Origin: Ranitomeya imitator
Lineage: Eukaryota
Direction of reading: 5' to 3'
NCBI RefSeq assembly: GCF_032444005.1
Contig: NC_091282.1
Location: 554,404,001 to 554,468,000 of the forward strand
DNA length: 64,000 nt
The position numbers and the translations under genes are program-made. This document shows, in pieces, positions 35,531 to 48,283 of the stretch. A model generated the notes under the pieces. That model did not search any database. It saw only the letters and a list, made by a program, of their open reading frames with translations, and had not been told where the DNA came from. Positions within the stretch are counted from its first letter, which is position 1, and the number at the start of each line of letters is the position of its first letter.

Positions 35531-36288
35531 GATCTCCGGTTGCTGGGAACCTATCTAATGTGAATACTCTCTTAAGATTCTTTCACAATTCCTGATATTT
35601 CCAGTACAGGAGATATCGGTGTCTGTGTGTTTCATACGTGTGGCAACCGTATCACCTGTACTGGCGCCTGAGAAAAGCTGGCACTGTTCGCGCTGTTCTC
35701 AGGTGCTGGGTACTGAACACAGTTCACATCATTGCCCCCTGCTCTACCTGCGATCAGGGGACAATCTTGAGAGTTGTATTCAAGTGTAAAATTAAGAATA
35801 AAATTTAAAAAAATCACATTTTTCTCACCTTAACACCTAATCCTCAGAAGCCATTGTTCCCTGTAAACAGAAATAAAAAATGATATCCCTCACCTCTCCG
35901 AAGTTGAAAGTATACCTCCGGTCAACTAATACTCCCATCAGCCTACTCCTGCCGTCACTGATAATAGTGAGAGCAGGCGCCACTGATGTGAGTATTCATC
36001 AGCTGGTGCCTGCGCTATAAATTTAACAAAAAAATGGAGTGTGTTCCCTCAGCAGTCTGCTATAGCAAGGCTGGTTATCATGAAGAGGGATCATCACAGC
36101 GTTTTTTAAAATTACTTAAATAATTCAACAGGCGCAACACGTGCAGGGATTGCCTAAGAAACAGGATCTCCCTCTCTGTGCTATGCCGATTGATGTCGCT
36201 GTCAACTATTGACAGCGGCATCACAGGGGTTAAATGCGTACGATCAGCACTAGATTGTGGGCGTTGCCCCAGGGTATCAGCTTTCTTA

Positions 36289-36418
36289 GGCCAGGGTCAC
36301 ACTTGCGAGTGCAATGCATAGACATACATGTAGCTGCACGCTCCGGTCCCGAGTGCCGGGTATTGATGCGAGATTCGTGCGAGTTTCTCACATTGCACTC
36401 GCAAGTGTGACCCCGGTC
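36289..36418. mobile_element. 130-bp PIF/Harbinger-type MITE
   Basis: ggccagggtcacacttgcgagtgcaatg / cattgcactcgcaagtgtgaccccggtc, with TTA flanks. Confidence 0.75.
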
Positions 36419-36422
36419 TTAA

Positions 36423-36750
36423 AGGGACACTGTCACCTGAATTTGGAGGGAACAATCTTCATCCATGGAGGCGGGGTTTGGGGGTTTTTGATTCACCCTT
36501 TCCTTACCCGCTGGCTGCATGCTGGCTGCAATATTGGATTGAAGTTCATTCTCTGTCCTCCATAGTACATGCCTGCGCAAAGCAATCTTGCCTTGCACAG
36601 GCGTGTCCTATGGAGGACAGAGAATGAACTTCAATCCAATATTGCAGCCAGCATGCAGCCAGCGGGTAAGGAAAGGGTGAATCAAAAACCCCAAAACCCC
36701 GCCTCCATGGCTGAAGATTGTTCCCTCCAAATTCAGGTAACAGTGTCCCT
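36423..36750. mobile_element. T2/Kolobok-type palindromic MITE
   Basis: TTAA TSDs and agggacactgt...acagtgtccct termini; the whole element folds back on itself. Confidence 0.8.
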
Positions 36751-38870
36751 TTAAGTTACGTGCCAACGTTGAAAAAATGGAAGCAGAAATTTCTGCACCA
36801 TTTCTGCATCGCTTGGCAGGAAAATGCGCTTTTTTAATGCATTTTTTCTTGCTTTTTTTACTTATTTGACTGAAAAAAACAGAATTAACATGCTGCAGAT
36901 TATTTTCTGCATGAAATCTGCAAGTCACAAATAAGCAACGTGTGCATAACACTTCAGGTTTCTCATTCACTTTGCTGGCATCAGCAAGTCTAGCAAATCT
37001 GCATGGTAAAACCGCACCAAATCTGCAACATGTGCACAAGCCCTTATAGCGCCGACATCCACTTTTGATCGCACCAGCGCTCTGAGTGAGCCCGCACGAT
37101 TGTCACGCCGTATATGTACTTCAGATGTCTTGAAGGGATTCTCTAGTGAAAACGACTTATCACCTATCCATGGATTTATCAATCTGTCGGAACCTGATTT
37201 ATCCTAAAGGGGATAAAAGGGCTTTGTTGGGTATAAAAAAACGGCCCCGTTCTGCTGATTGGACCTCCAATTGCCCCTTATGAGTGACATCATTTTTCGT
37301 TTTTTTGTTGTCACTACAATGTACTACTATTTGAACCTCTCTGGCACCAAGTGTGTTAATGTGCTGTAACCACATCATTTTACTATCTTTTAAAATAGCT
37401 CCTTTCGAGAGATGCATAGTAGTGCTGGTTACTGAAATGGAAGAACGCATCTCTCATTTCACTTTTATGAAGGTTCATATGTTCAGCAATCAGGTACGGA
37501 CTGAGGCTGAATTTCAGCCCTGGCATTTGAAATCAACACAGGCTCATTTTGTCCCCGTTCCCAAGCACCAGATGGGGATATATTAGTAATATTACCCTGG
37601 ATGGAGGAAAGGAAGATTTATTACAAGACCAATATTTCTAATGATACCTCCTTCACAACTCTTAACAGTATGGGTGTCTTGAGAACACCGATTCTGATAA
37701 CAATGTAGCAGACAAGGCAGCCCACGACCAAACAGGCCCTTCTGGCATTTGCCAGAATTGCCAGATAACCAGTCCGGCCCTGTCAGCAATAGCAGAAGAC
37801 AAAGTATTGCTAGATTCCAATGTACAGTAGATGGGTGAGCAGTTTTGGTGTAAAAGTATATCCTTATTTATTTTTAAACTGGGGTAAAAAGTAACCAAAT
37901 GTATGACTAGAGACCTGTTTTTTAATTTTCTAGTTAAATTGCATTTTCTAGAACGCCTCATCAGGGTTTGGTCATTTTTCACCATCAGCAATTTTTCACT
38001 GGTGAAAAAAAAAAGTCAAAACTTCTATTTATTGCAATGTTAATCATGGACAGCACACCGACTGCACACGGATGCCATTCGTGTGAGATTTGTGAATTTC
38101 ACAGACCCATAGACATCTATGGACAATTTTGAACTGTGACTGTGGATGTCTCTGTGATTTTTCAAAGAAACCACAGACACCTCCTAAACTATAATGAGTA
38201 CATGTTCTATCCGTGAAAAACATGAATAGAACATGTAATGAAAAACGAGCTTGTGAATGAGGCCTAAGGGTACTTGCTCACAGAGTTCTTTTGAGTAGGT
38301 AAAAAAACAACAAGTCTTCAAGTAGAAACCACTCCAGGAATTGCTTTTCTTTTGGAAAAAAGACGCAGTGTGAACATACCCCAAGGACAGGTTTAGACCA
38401 GTGTTATTTCACAGCCTGCATATAGCCCGGAAAGCTGGGTCTCCTGATCGGAGCTTAACAGCCTCATATGTGTCTATGAGGTTCTATGTTCAAGTCGGGA
38501 GACCCACGATTAGCTCAAGCATTGCGGTCCATACACGAACCATAAAACTCGCTTGACTGAACCTGGCAGAACAGTGAAAAAAAGAGGGTTTGTGTGCGAT
38601 AATCCATTTCAATTGCTTTTGGTGCACACCTCAATGTTGTTTCACGTCAACTAAAGCCAAGATGCCTGTTCCTTAATGGCTTGTTCACAATTCAGGGACT
38701 TTAGATGCAGTTTTACAATCCAAAGCAAAGAGTGGGTTCATAAAAAGCAGAAGTCTGCATCTTATCTTAACAGGTGTCTTCCATTTACAGTACGAGCTAT
38801 TCCTGGCTTTGGCCTCAAAAGCTGCAGCAAAAAACCTTAAGATGGAAACCTCCTTACTCATATGTGATAA

Positions 38871-39930
38871 CTAGATGGTGGCCCGATTCTAACGTATCGG
38901 GTATTCTAGAATATGTAGGTAGTATATAGCACAGGCTACGTAGTATATTGCATAGTGACATAGCATATAACACAACCGACGTAGTATATAACAGAGCTAC
39001 GTAGTATGTAACACAGTGTACGTAGTATATAGCATTGCTACGTAGTATATAACACAGCCACGTAGTATATAACATAGCCACGTAGTGTATTGCACAGCTA
39101 CGTAGTGTATTGCACAGGCACGTAGTATATTGGTCAGCCACGTAGTATATAGCAGAGCCACGTCGTATATCGTAGCATATTGCACTGCCACGTAGTATAT
39201 AAGAGCCACGTAGTATATGGCACAGTCGACATAGTATATAATAGAACTGACACAGCCACATAGTATATTACACAGCTACGTAGTATATAGCACAGAGCAC
39301 GTAGTATATTGCACAGCCACGTAGTATATTGGACAGTCACGTTGTATATTGCCCAGCTACATAGTATATAGCACAGAGATGTAGAATATAACAGAGCCCA
39401 CGTAGTATATAGCAATGTGGGCACTATATGCGTGGGTGAAAAGACTTAAAATAAAAAAAAATAAAAATATACTCACCTTCCGAGGGCCCCTTGTAGTCCT
39501 GGCGCCTGTGTGTGGTGCACGCGGCAGCTTCCAGTCCCAGGGTTGGTATGAGCGCAGGACCTGTGATGACGTCGCGGTCACATGACCGAGACGTCATGGC
39601 AAGTCCTTCTCGCATAGCATACTTGGCACCGGAACCTACCGCTTGCACTGCCGAGGACAGCAGGCGACGCCGGAGGGTGAGAATAACCTTTGTTTTTAAT
39701 TATTATTATTTGTAACATTAGATCGTTTTACTAGTAAAAAGTTGGTCACACAGGGTTAATAGCTGCGTTAACGGAGTGCATTACACCGCAGTTCGTTACC
39801 TCTGGCATTAACCCTGTGTAAGCGCTCACTGCAGGGCAGTAAAGCAGCGGCCATTTCGCTGCCACACTATGACCGTCGCTGATTGGTCGTGGCAATGGTC
39901 GTGGACGTTTTGCCACGACCAATCAGCAAC
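38871..39930 (-). mobile_element. Helitron 3' portion with ~21-bp minisatellite
   Basis: On the minus strand a hairpin cccgat...atcggg (38882-38901) precedes CTAG (38871-38874) then T. cacgtagtatat-type repeats at ~38925-39415. 5' end not located. Confidence 0.65.
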
Positions 39931-40642
39931 TTGGATTTCCTTTCTATTGTCAGGTGACATCAAGCCCTGAGGTTAGTAATGGAGAGGCGTAAATAAGACG
40001 CCCCCATTACTAACCCCATAGTCACATTGTAAGAAAACACAGACACCCAGAATAAAGTCCTTTAATTGAAAAAAATGAGACTCCTTTAAAAACTCAATTA
40101 AACCATACTTACAACCTTGCCTAATTCCACCGAAGCCCTCATTCTCCAGTAACAAAACTAAAATAAAAAACAATATACCGTACCTCTCAGTCGTTCTGTC
40201 CCACGCTGTAATGCATGTCTGGGGATTAGTTTTCAACCTGGACGGTGCCAAGATGTGACCGTCCAGGCTGAGAACCACTGCTGAATGAGATGCTGAGAGC
40301 GCAGCCTCAGTGACGTCACTGAGGCTGCGATCCCAGCTGGGCTGAAATGCGGTGACCTCAAGACTGTGGGAAAATGCCAGTGATGAGGTCACCACAGTTC
40401 AAGCTCAGTGTCTTCACAGCAGATCACCGTGAGAATTTTTCACGGGGATACATAAGTTGTGTAGAGTTCAGCAGGTTGGTATACATCAGTAGTGTAGAGT
40501 TTGTCAGGTTCGCATATGCGAGTTGTGTAGTATTTGTCAGGTTGGCATTCGTGAGTTGTGTAGTGCTCATCAGGTTGGCATTTGTGAGTTGTGTAGTGTA
40601 CGTCAGATTGGCTTACATGAATAGTGTAAGTCAGAAATTAAT

Positions 40643-42337
40643 TTAGCAGTCCATGGATGTATGGTACAGTCCAAAGCATTCTTTCATACACAGACCAGGT
40701 TTGTCGGGGCAGGTGTCACATAGATAAGTGGTGTCCTTGCGTATACTCCTTCTGTAACACACTCGGCAGCTCTTTTGCGACCTTCTTTTTTTTGGGCTTT
40801 GAGAGACCTCCCCAGGAAATGTTGCCATGGTACGATACAAGAACCCTCAGTTCCGGATGTACTGGGACCTGCTACTTCCTGACCTCCATAGATAGGGCCT
40901 TGATAACTACCTCCTGAAACTAAAGGTATGACATACCGATCATGATAGCACAAAAGCGTGCACGGCCAGCTTCTTGTACCACACCTTGGCCATTCTCATG
41001 GCACTGTTCGGCTCCAGGGCTTGTTGCTGAAGTGATCAATGACCTGATGAACTTTGAAAAGACTGTCAAAGTTGAGGTCACCTCGAGGAGGACATGCATT
41101 ATCATTATAATGCAAAACTTTTGGATGGCATCAAAATGTTTACGGGTCATGGCCATTCGGAACACTGGTGTGTTATACAAAACATCAACACTCCAATATT
41201 GCTGAAGTTCTTGCTTCTTCAGTAGACCCCTGTGAATAACCAGACTCCAAAACGTCATAATTTCTTCTGCGTTTCCACGAGTCCAGTTAGAAAATGATGA
41301 CAAGCTGTTTTGTGACAAAAATTGTTGGGGGTACAAATTTGTTTGGCCCATCATGAGATTTACAAATTCCTCAGAGAAAAAGACTTTAAAAAAGTCTATT
41401 TCTGTGAGGCCAGTGGTGCCAGATCTGATTCCTGACAAAATCAGGAATCAGTGGCTCATAATCTGAGGTCCACAGGAGGTCAGAAACAGTGGGCGGTGGT
41501 TCAGTTTCTGTCTTGGGGCATCTACGTGGCAGTTTGGTATCGCTGGAAGAGGTTGAGAAGAAAAAATGACAGAAGGCGGGATCTTCTCCCTCACTTTCAG
41601 TGTTGGAGGCAAGGAAAGCGTATGCCTCTTCCACTGAATACTGGGGTTTGGAACGAGTGGGACTTTTTTTTTTATGTATGTGATGTTTATTGAGTACCAA
41701 ACTTTATTCGTGTGTGAGTGTATGTGAGTGCCTGGTGTAAGTTTTTATCCATTTTTGCAAAGAAAAAAAGCAGTAACCGGAGGCTGGTCAGCGATGTGTG
41801 TACGATTGACGCAGGGATGTGGAAAACAGCAAGCACGAGTGAAGTTCAGCGACTTGAGCCACTGATCAACGCTCAGTGGCTACTGCATGCACACACGGAG
41901 GTGGTGCAAAATGGAGGGGAGGGGGAAACATGGACAGAGACTAAACAAAAAGTCCTGGAAACCAGTGAGCACAGACATTGATTTGCGTCACTGATCAGCG
42001 CTCGGCAGCAGAGGGGGGGAATGGAGAGAGGGGGATTGGAGTGGATGAGGAGAGAAAAGGGATCAGGAACTTTTCTTTCTTCAGCAGGAGTGGCGATGAT
42101 CAGACAGCAGTAGGATCTGTAATGTCACAGGCTTCTGTGGCACCGCAGAGCCAGACTTCTGTGTGCAACCCCCTCCCTCCTTCCCCCCGGGATGACAACT
42201 TCATGTGCACAGCTCCAAGAAGGCCCCAAATTTTAATGCTCACGGTGCCACATTAAAGATGAGACGTATTCATACATCCCAGGTCAATAAGGCCCAGGTT
42301 ACAGGAACGTATGGATACGTCTCGGGTGGGAAAGGGG
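40643..42337 (-). mobile_element. Internally deleted piggyBac transposon remnant
   Basis: N-terminus YSVEEAYAFLAS, DFFKVFFSEEFVNLM..QTNLY and WYKKLAVH, plus the C-terminal Cys-rich domain CRVC..CDTCPDKPGLCMKECFGLYH. Putative 5' TIR ends aaagggg-tcaa at 42337. Confidence 0.85.
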
Positions 42338-42516
42338 TCAAAGAAAGAGAGGAAAAAATAAAAATGCAAAACTGAAGTTTGGGTGCAGAGGCAATGGGTC
42401 ACTGGTTGTCCGAGGAATATTGTGCCACGCTGAATGCACTCTGGCAGACAAATCATCAAGATCTGCTGGCAGCTCCCTTTTAAATTGTTGCCAAACTACA
42501 TCACAGATATGCTTAG

Positions 42517-45500
42517 AAGGAACATGTCAACATATGTCAGTAACATACAGTGTCAGGCTAGCTCCGTTATACTGATTAAAATGATATCTTGGATAAAGAA
42601 ATCCATCTTGTGGTTGTTTAATCTTTATTTTCAGTTTTGAGTTAATGATATGCTCGTGCTCCGGCGCTGCCTGTGTGTGGGGGAAATCTGCATGTGGTCT
42701 TTTGATTAGGCATTCACCAGTATGGCTTCTGACAGGTCACTGATTCCTCACTGACCTGCCTCCTAGTTTACATAATGAATATTATATATATTTAAAAAAA
42801 AATCACCTTCTGCAGGCAGGCAGGCAGGCAGGCGCCGGCACTGCAGTATAATCGCATCTATAATGTGTATTTAATTATTGTTTCTGATGATATACATAAA
42901 AAAAAAAAATTTCAGTCTGAGTATGGCACCAGTTGTACCTGCACAGTAGCAGCTATCGGCGATCAGATAGCAGCTACTCTTGCAAGCCATCTTGCTAGAG
43001 AAAAAAAAAATTACCGTATATACTCGAGTATAAGCCGACCCGAGTATAAGCCGACCCCCCTAATTTTGCCACAAAAAACTGGGAAAACTTATTGACTCGA
43101 GTATAAGCCTAGGGTGGAAATGCAGCATTTACCGGTGAATTTCAAAAATAAAAATAGATCATTATTTCCCCATAGCTGTGCCATATAGTGCTCTGCACCG
43201 TTCATATTTCCCCATAGGTGTGAACCATATAGTGCTCTGCACCGTTCATTGTGCCCCCTAGCTGTGCCATATACGGTGCTCTGCACCGTTCATTGTGCCC
43301 CATAGATGTGCCATATACGGTGCTCTGCACCGTTCACTGTGCCCCATAGCTGTGCCATATACGGTGCTCTGCACCGTTCACTGTGCCCCATAGCTGTGCC
43401 ATATACGGTGCTCTGCACCGTTCATTGTGCCCCATAGCTGTGCTGTGCCATATACGGTGCTCTGCACCGTTCACTGTGCCCCATAGCTGTGCTGTGCCAT
43501 ATACGGTGCTCTGCACCGTTCACTGTGCCCCATACATAGCTGTGCTGTGCCATATACGGTGCTCTGCACCGTTCACTGTGCCCCATAGCTGTGCTGTGCC
43601 ATATACGGTGCTCTGCACCGTTCACTGTGCCCCATAGCTGTGCTGTGCCATATACGGTGCTCTGCACCGTTCACTGTGCCCCATACATAGCTGTGCTGTG
43701 CCATATACGGTGCTCTGCACCGTTCACTGTGCCCCATACATAGCTGTGCTGTGCCATATACGGTGCTCTGCACCGTTCACTGTGCCCCATAGCTGTGCTG
43801 TGCCATATACGGTGCTCTGCACCGTTCACTGTGCCCCATAGCTGTGCTGTGCCATATACGGTGCTCTGCACCGTTCACTGTACCCCATAGCTGTGCTGTG
43901 CCATATACGGTGCTCTGCACCGTTCACTGTGCCCCATAGCTGTGCTGTGCCATATACGGTGCTCTGCACCGTTCACTGTGCCCCATAGCTGTGCTGTGCC
44001 ATATACGGTGCTCTGCACCGTTCACTGTGCCCCATAGCTGTGCTGTGCCATATACGGTGCTCTGCACCGTTCACTGTGCCCCATAGCTGTGCTGTGCCAT
44101 ATACGGTGCTCTGCACCGTTCACTGTGCCCCATAGCTGTGCTGTGCCATATACGGTGCTCTGCACCGTTCACTGTGCCCCATAGCTGTGCTGTGCCATAT
44201 ACGGTGCTCTGCACCGTTCACTGTGCCCCATAGATGTTCCACATAAATTTGTGCCGCCGCTGCCGCAATAAAGAAAAAAAAACACATACTCACCTCCCTT
44301 GATTGCAGCTCCCGGCGTCTCGTTCCGGCGCCTCCATCTTCCCGGCGTCTCTGCTCTGACTGATCAGGCAGAGGGCGCCGCGCACACTGTATGCGTCATC
44401 GCGCCCTCTGCCTGAACAGTCAGAGAGCAGAGACGCCGGGAAGATGGAGGCGCCGGCCGGGAAGATGGATCGGCGCCCGGCGGCTGGAACGAGGACAGGT
44501 GAATATGCTATACTCACCTAGTCCTGGCGATCCTCGCGCTGTCCCCTCCTGTCTTCGGTGCCGCAGCTTCTTTCTCTATCAGCGGTCACCGGCACCGCTG
44601 ATTAGAGAAATGAATAAGCGGCTCCGCCCCTATGGGAGGTGGAGCCGCTTATTCATTTCTGTAATGAGCGGTCCCACGTGACCGCTGAAGAGAGGAAGAA
44701 ACTGCAGCGCCGAAGCCCGTGGGACGGCAGGGACAGCGCGAGGATCGCTGGGACTAGGTAAGTATACCCCAGCGCCCTCAGCCCCTCACCTGCCGACCCC
44801 ACCGCTACCGTGACTCGAGTATAAGCCGAGGGGGGCACTTTCAGCCCAAAAATTTGGGCTGAAAATCTCGGCTTATACTCGAGTATATACGGTACCTCCT
44901 CCAAGATGGTGCCGCCGGCGCCTGTGCAGTAGCATCTATCGGATCGCCAATAGATGTTATTGCGCAGAGGTGGCCAGCGCCATCTTAGTGGAAACAATTT
45001 TTTTTTCCACAGCAAGATGGCGCCGGTGGCACCTGCGCAGTAGCAGCTATTGGCGATCCAATAGATGCCACTGTGCAGGTGCCGATTGCGCCATCTTGGA
45101 GGCAATTTTTTTTCTCTAGCAAGACTGTGCGGCCAGCGCCTGCGCAGTAGCAGCTATAAAATTGCCGATAGCTGCTACTGAGCAGGCGATGCCATTTTCA
45201 GACTGATTTTTTTTTAAAATTTAGGTATACCATCAAAAATAATAAATACACGTTATAGATGTGATTATGCTGCACCGCCCGCGCCTGCAGAAGGTGATTA
45301 AAAAATATATATATTTAATATTCATTATGTAAACTATGGGACAGGTCACTGAGGGATCAGTGACCTGTCAGAAGCGATACTGATGAATACCTAATCAGAG
45401 CACCACATGAAGACCTCCCACCACAGGCCGCCCCGAAGCACGAGCATATCATTAACTCAAAACTGAAAATAAAGATTAAACAACAACAAGACGGATTTCA

Positions 45501-45585
45501 TCAACCCAAGAATAATTTTAATCAGTATAATGGCACCAACCTGACACTGTAGGTTTCTCAGCACAATCCTGCTGACAGGTTCATT
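42517..45585. mobile_element. T2/Kolobok-type element with ~0.47-kb inverted arms hosting a Tc2-like MITE
   Basis: Termini aaggaacatgtca / tgacaggttcatt, flanks TTAG/TTAA. 42540-42850 is the reverse complement of ~45250-45550. Confidence 0.65.
43014..44892 (+). mobile_element. Tc2/mariner-like MITE carrying a ~49-bp tandem array
   Basis: TIR ccgtatatactcgagtataagccga with TA TSDs; array gtgctctgcaccgttcactgtgccccatagctgtgctgtgccatatacg at ~43170-44235. Confidence 0.8.
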
Positions 45586-46446
45586 TTAATGTGAGCTAAG
45601 TCTGAGACACTGCAGACTATGTAAGGTGGCACAATTACGCTGGCAGGCTGCTAACATTAGGAAGAGAACATGCGACTTGGCATTTTTTGTGTTGAAACTC
45701 TTTGTGGTGTACTGTCCCATTCCATCATGAAGGCTTCTTCATGGCATTGCATAAAGTCTCCAGACCAATCTCGGCTTTTATTGCATCCAAGACAAAATCA
45801 AGACTCACTGCTGAAGATAGACTTCCATTGCGGTCTTGCTCTGCACCATGATAGCTATTGAGAGTAGTGGTGTGAGATCAATGGAACACTTCCATGCGGT
45901 ATGGCGTCCGCTAATCATTCCAGCAAATTTCACATTCAAAAAGTCAAAAGGCGTTCCTTCCCTTCCGAGCTCTGCTGTGCACCCAAACAGTAGTTTTCCC
46001 TCACATGCTCGGGAGAAATTGTACAACAAATTTTGGGGTTCATTTTTTTGTTATCCTAGTGAAAATAAAAACATTTTTGTGAAAAAAGTTAAATGTTCAT
46101 TCCCTCTGCCCCCCACATTCCAAAAATTCCTGTGAAGCACCTCAAATATTAATAAACTCCTTGAATGTGCTTCTGAGCACCTTGAAGGGTGCAGATTGTA
46201 GCATGGTGTCACTTTTGGGTATTTTCTGTCATATAGACCCCTCAAATTCACTTCAAATGCAAGGTGGTCCCTAAAAAAAATGTTTTTTTTAAATTTTAAT
46301 TCAAATTTTGTTGAAAAAAATGAGAAATTGGTGGTCAACTTTTTAACTCTTATAACTTCGTAACAAAAAACTATGTTTCCAAAATTGTGCTGATGTAATG
46401 TAGACATGTGGGAAATGTTATTTATTAACTATTTTATGTGAAATAA

Positions 46447-47220
46447 GGCCATGTTCACACTTTGCGGTTTTTACCGCGGAACCGCGGCGATTTTGCCGCT
46501 GCGGGTCCGCTGCAGTTTCCATTGAATTTACAGTAACATGTAAACCCTATGGAAACCGCAAACCGCTGTGCACATGCTGCGGGAAAAACCGCGCGGGAAC
46601 GCAGCGGTTTACGACCCGCAGCATGTCACTTCTTTGTGCAGAATCGCAGCGATTCTGCACACATAGGAATGCATTGATCCGCTTACTTCCCGCATGGGGC
46701 TGTGCCCACCATGCGGGAAGTAATGCGGATAATGTGCAGATGGTACCCAGAGTGGAGGAGAGGAGACTCTCCTCCAGGCCCTGGGGACCATATTTGTGTA
46801 AAAAAAAAGAATTAAAATAAAAAACAATGATATACTCACCTCTCAGCGCTGGACGCGGCCGTCCGGTCTCAGGTTGCTATGCGAGCAGGACCTGCGGTGA
46901 CATCGCGGTCACATGACCGTGACGTCACGAAGGTCCTTCTCGCACAGCATCTTTGGAACCGGACCGCCGCGTGCAGCGCCGAGGAGATCGGGACATCAGA
47001 GGGTGAGTATATCATTATTTTTAACATTACTATTGATGCTGCATATGCAGCATCAATAGTAAAACAAGTGCAGGATTAAACCCGCAGCGGAACCCACAAC
47101 ACAAACCGCGATAAATCTGCAGGGATAACCGCAGCGGGTTTGCCCTGCAGATTTATCAAATTCGCTGCGGGAAAACCCGCGGGAGAACCCGCAGCCCCCT
47201 TCCTACGTGTGTACATAGCC
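46447..47220. mobile_element. PIF/Harbinger-type MITE
   Basis: ggccatgttcacac / gtgtgtacatagcc termini with TAA TSDs. It sits inside a reversed copy of the piggyBac-like family that ends aaggggttaa at ~47435. Confidence 0.75.
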
Positions 47221-47435
47221 TAACTCTGATTTACAGGCATAAGAATTCAAAGTTTGAAAAATGCAACATTTTTGCCAAATTCCCGTACAATATGTAACGA
47301 AAAAAACAATCTCAGAATCAGTGGGATCAGTTGAAGCAATCCAGAGATATTACCTCATAAAATGGCACTGGTCGGAATTGTAAAAATTGGCCTGGTCATT
47401 AATGTGCAAACCACATTGAGGGGTAAAGGGGTTAA

Positions 47436-47925
47436 AATGGTTTTCTCACAAACAAAAGTTCACTTTACTAACTAGACCTTGGAATAAAAAGTAGTTCAAC
47501 AATTGTATGTGTACTGTATAATTGCTGTGTCTGACCGTGCAGGGACATGGTCTGATCATACCACATCTCCTGGACAGGGGAGGGCGCAAAAGAATATACA
47601 GAAAGGACAGCAGGGGATCACAAATGATTCTATGAAGTAAAACGTTGTTTAAAAACCAGCAGAGAAATGTTTTACAAAAAGAATCAGCTGTGATCCTATT
47701 CTGTAATGTCAGTATCCTCTATTTTTACGTCGTCCCCTGCCCAGGAGCTGCGGTATGATCAGACCATGTTCCTGCACGGTCAGACACAGCAATTACACAG
47801 TACACAGCAGGGGAACATCTATAAGATTATCTCAGCACAGGAACATTTTATTTAAAAACCCTTCCTATTTTGGAAATTATTATTATTCCAAGATCTAGTG
47901 AATAAAATTAATTTGAAAAACCCAT
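47436..47925. mobile_element. T2-type palindromic MITE
   Basis: TTAA TSDs; long internal inverted repeat (tgtgtctgaccgtgcagg...catggtctgatcatacc and its reverse complement). Confidence 0.65.
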
Positions 47926-48277
47926 TTAAGGCAAACATGTCAATTTACAATATTTTCTTTAGCACCTAATAATAGTTCAAGTATTTAGCCTATTTAAATA
48001 AGAATAGCACTCTGTTTGAATAGTCCTATTGCACAAGATAGATTATGATAGATGTCGATTATTATATGTAAGGCTGTGTGCTGTTTTTTCAGACTCTAGT
48101 GTGTGTCCCAAACAAAAAAGTAGACACAAAGTATTTGTGACATTTAATAAGCATGTTGTGAAATATGTAGGAGGCATTTTTTTCCTGACCTGTATGGATA
48201 AGAAAAATAATGTCAAACAGCAAACAACTAAAAAAAACAGACCACAAGAGGGACAATTTCCAAAAAGTAATATTTCA

Positions 48278-48283
48278 TTTATT
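48278..48283 (-). terminator. Candidate EPS15L1 distal polyadenylation signal
   Basis: AATAAA on the minus strand followed by a T/GT-rich tract, implying a ~2.4-kb repeat-poor 3' UTR. Other candidate signals lie near 49587 and 49716. Confidence 0.45.

Noticed and set aside
38854-39424. Tyr/Cys-rich ORFs
   Set aside because: Artefacts of the ~21-bp cacgtagtatat minisatellite.
43334-43871. Repetitive ORFs here and at 56633-57399
   Set aside because: Translations of tandem arrays inside MITEs.
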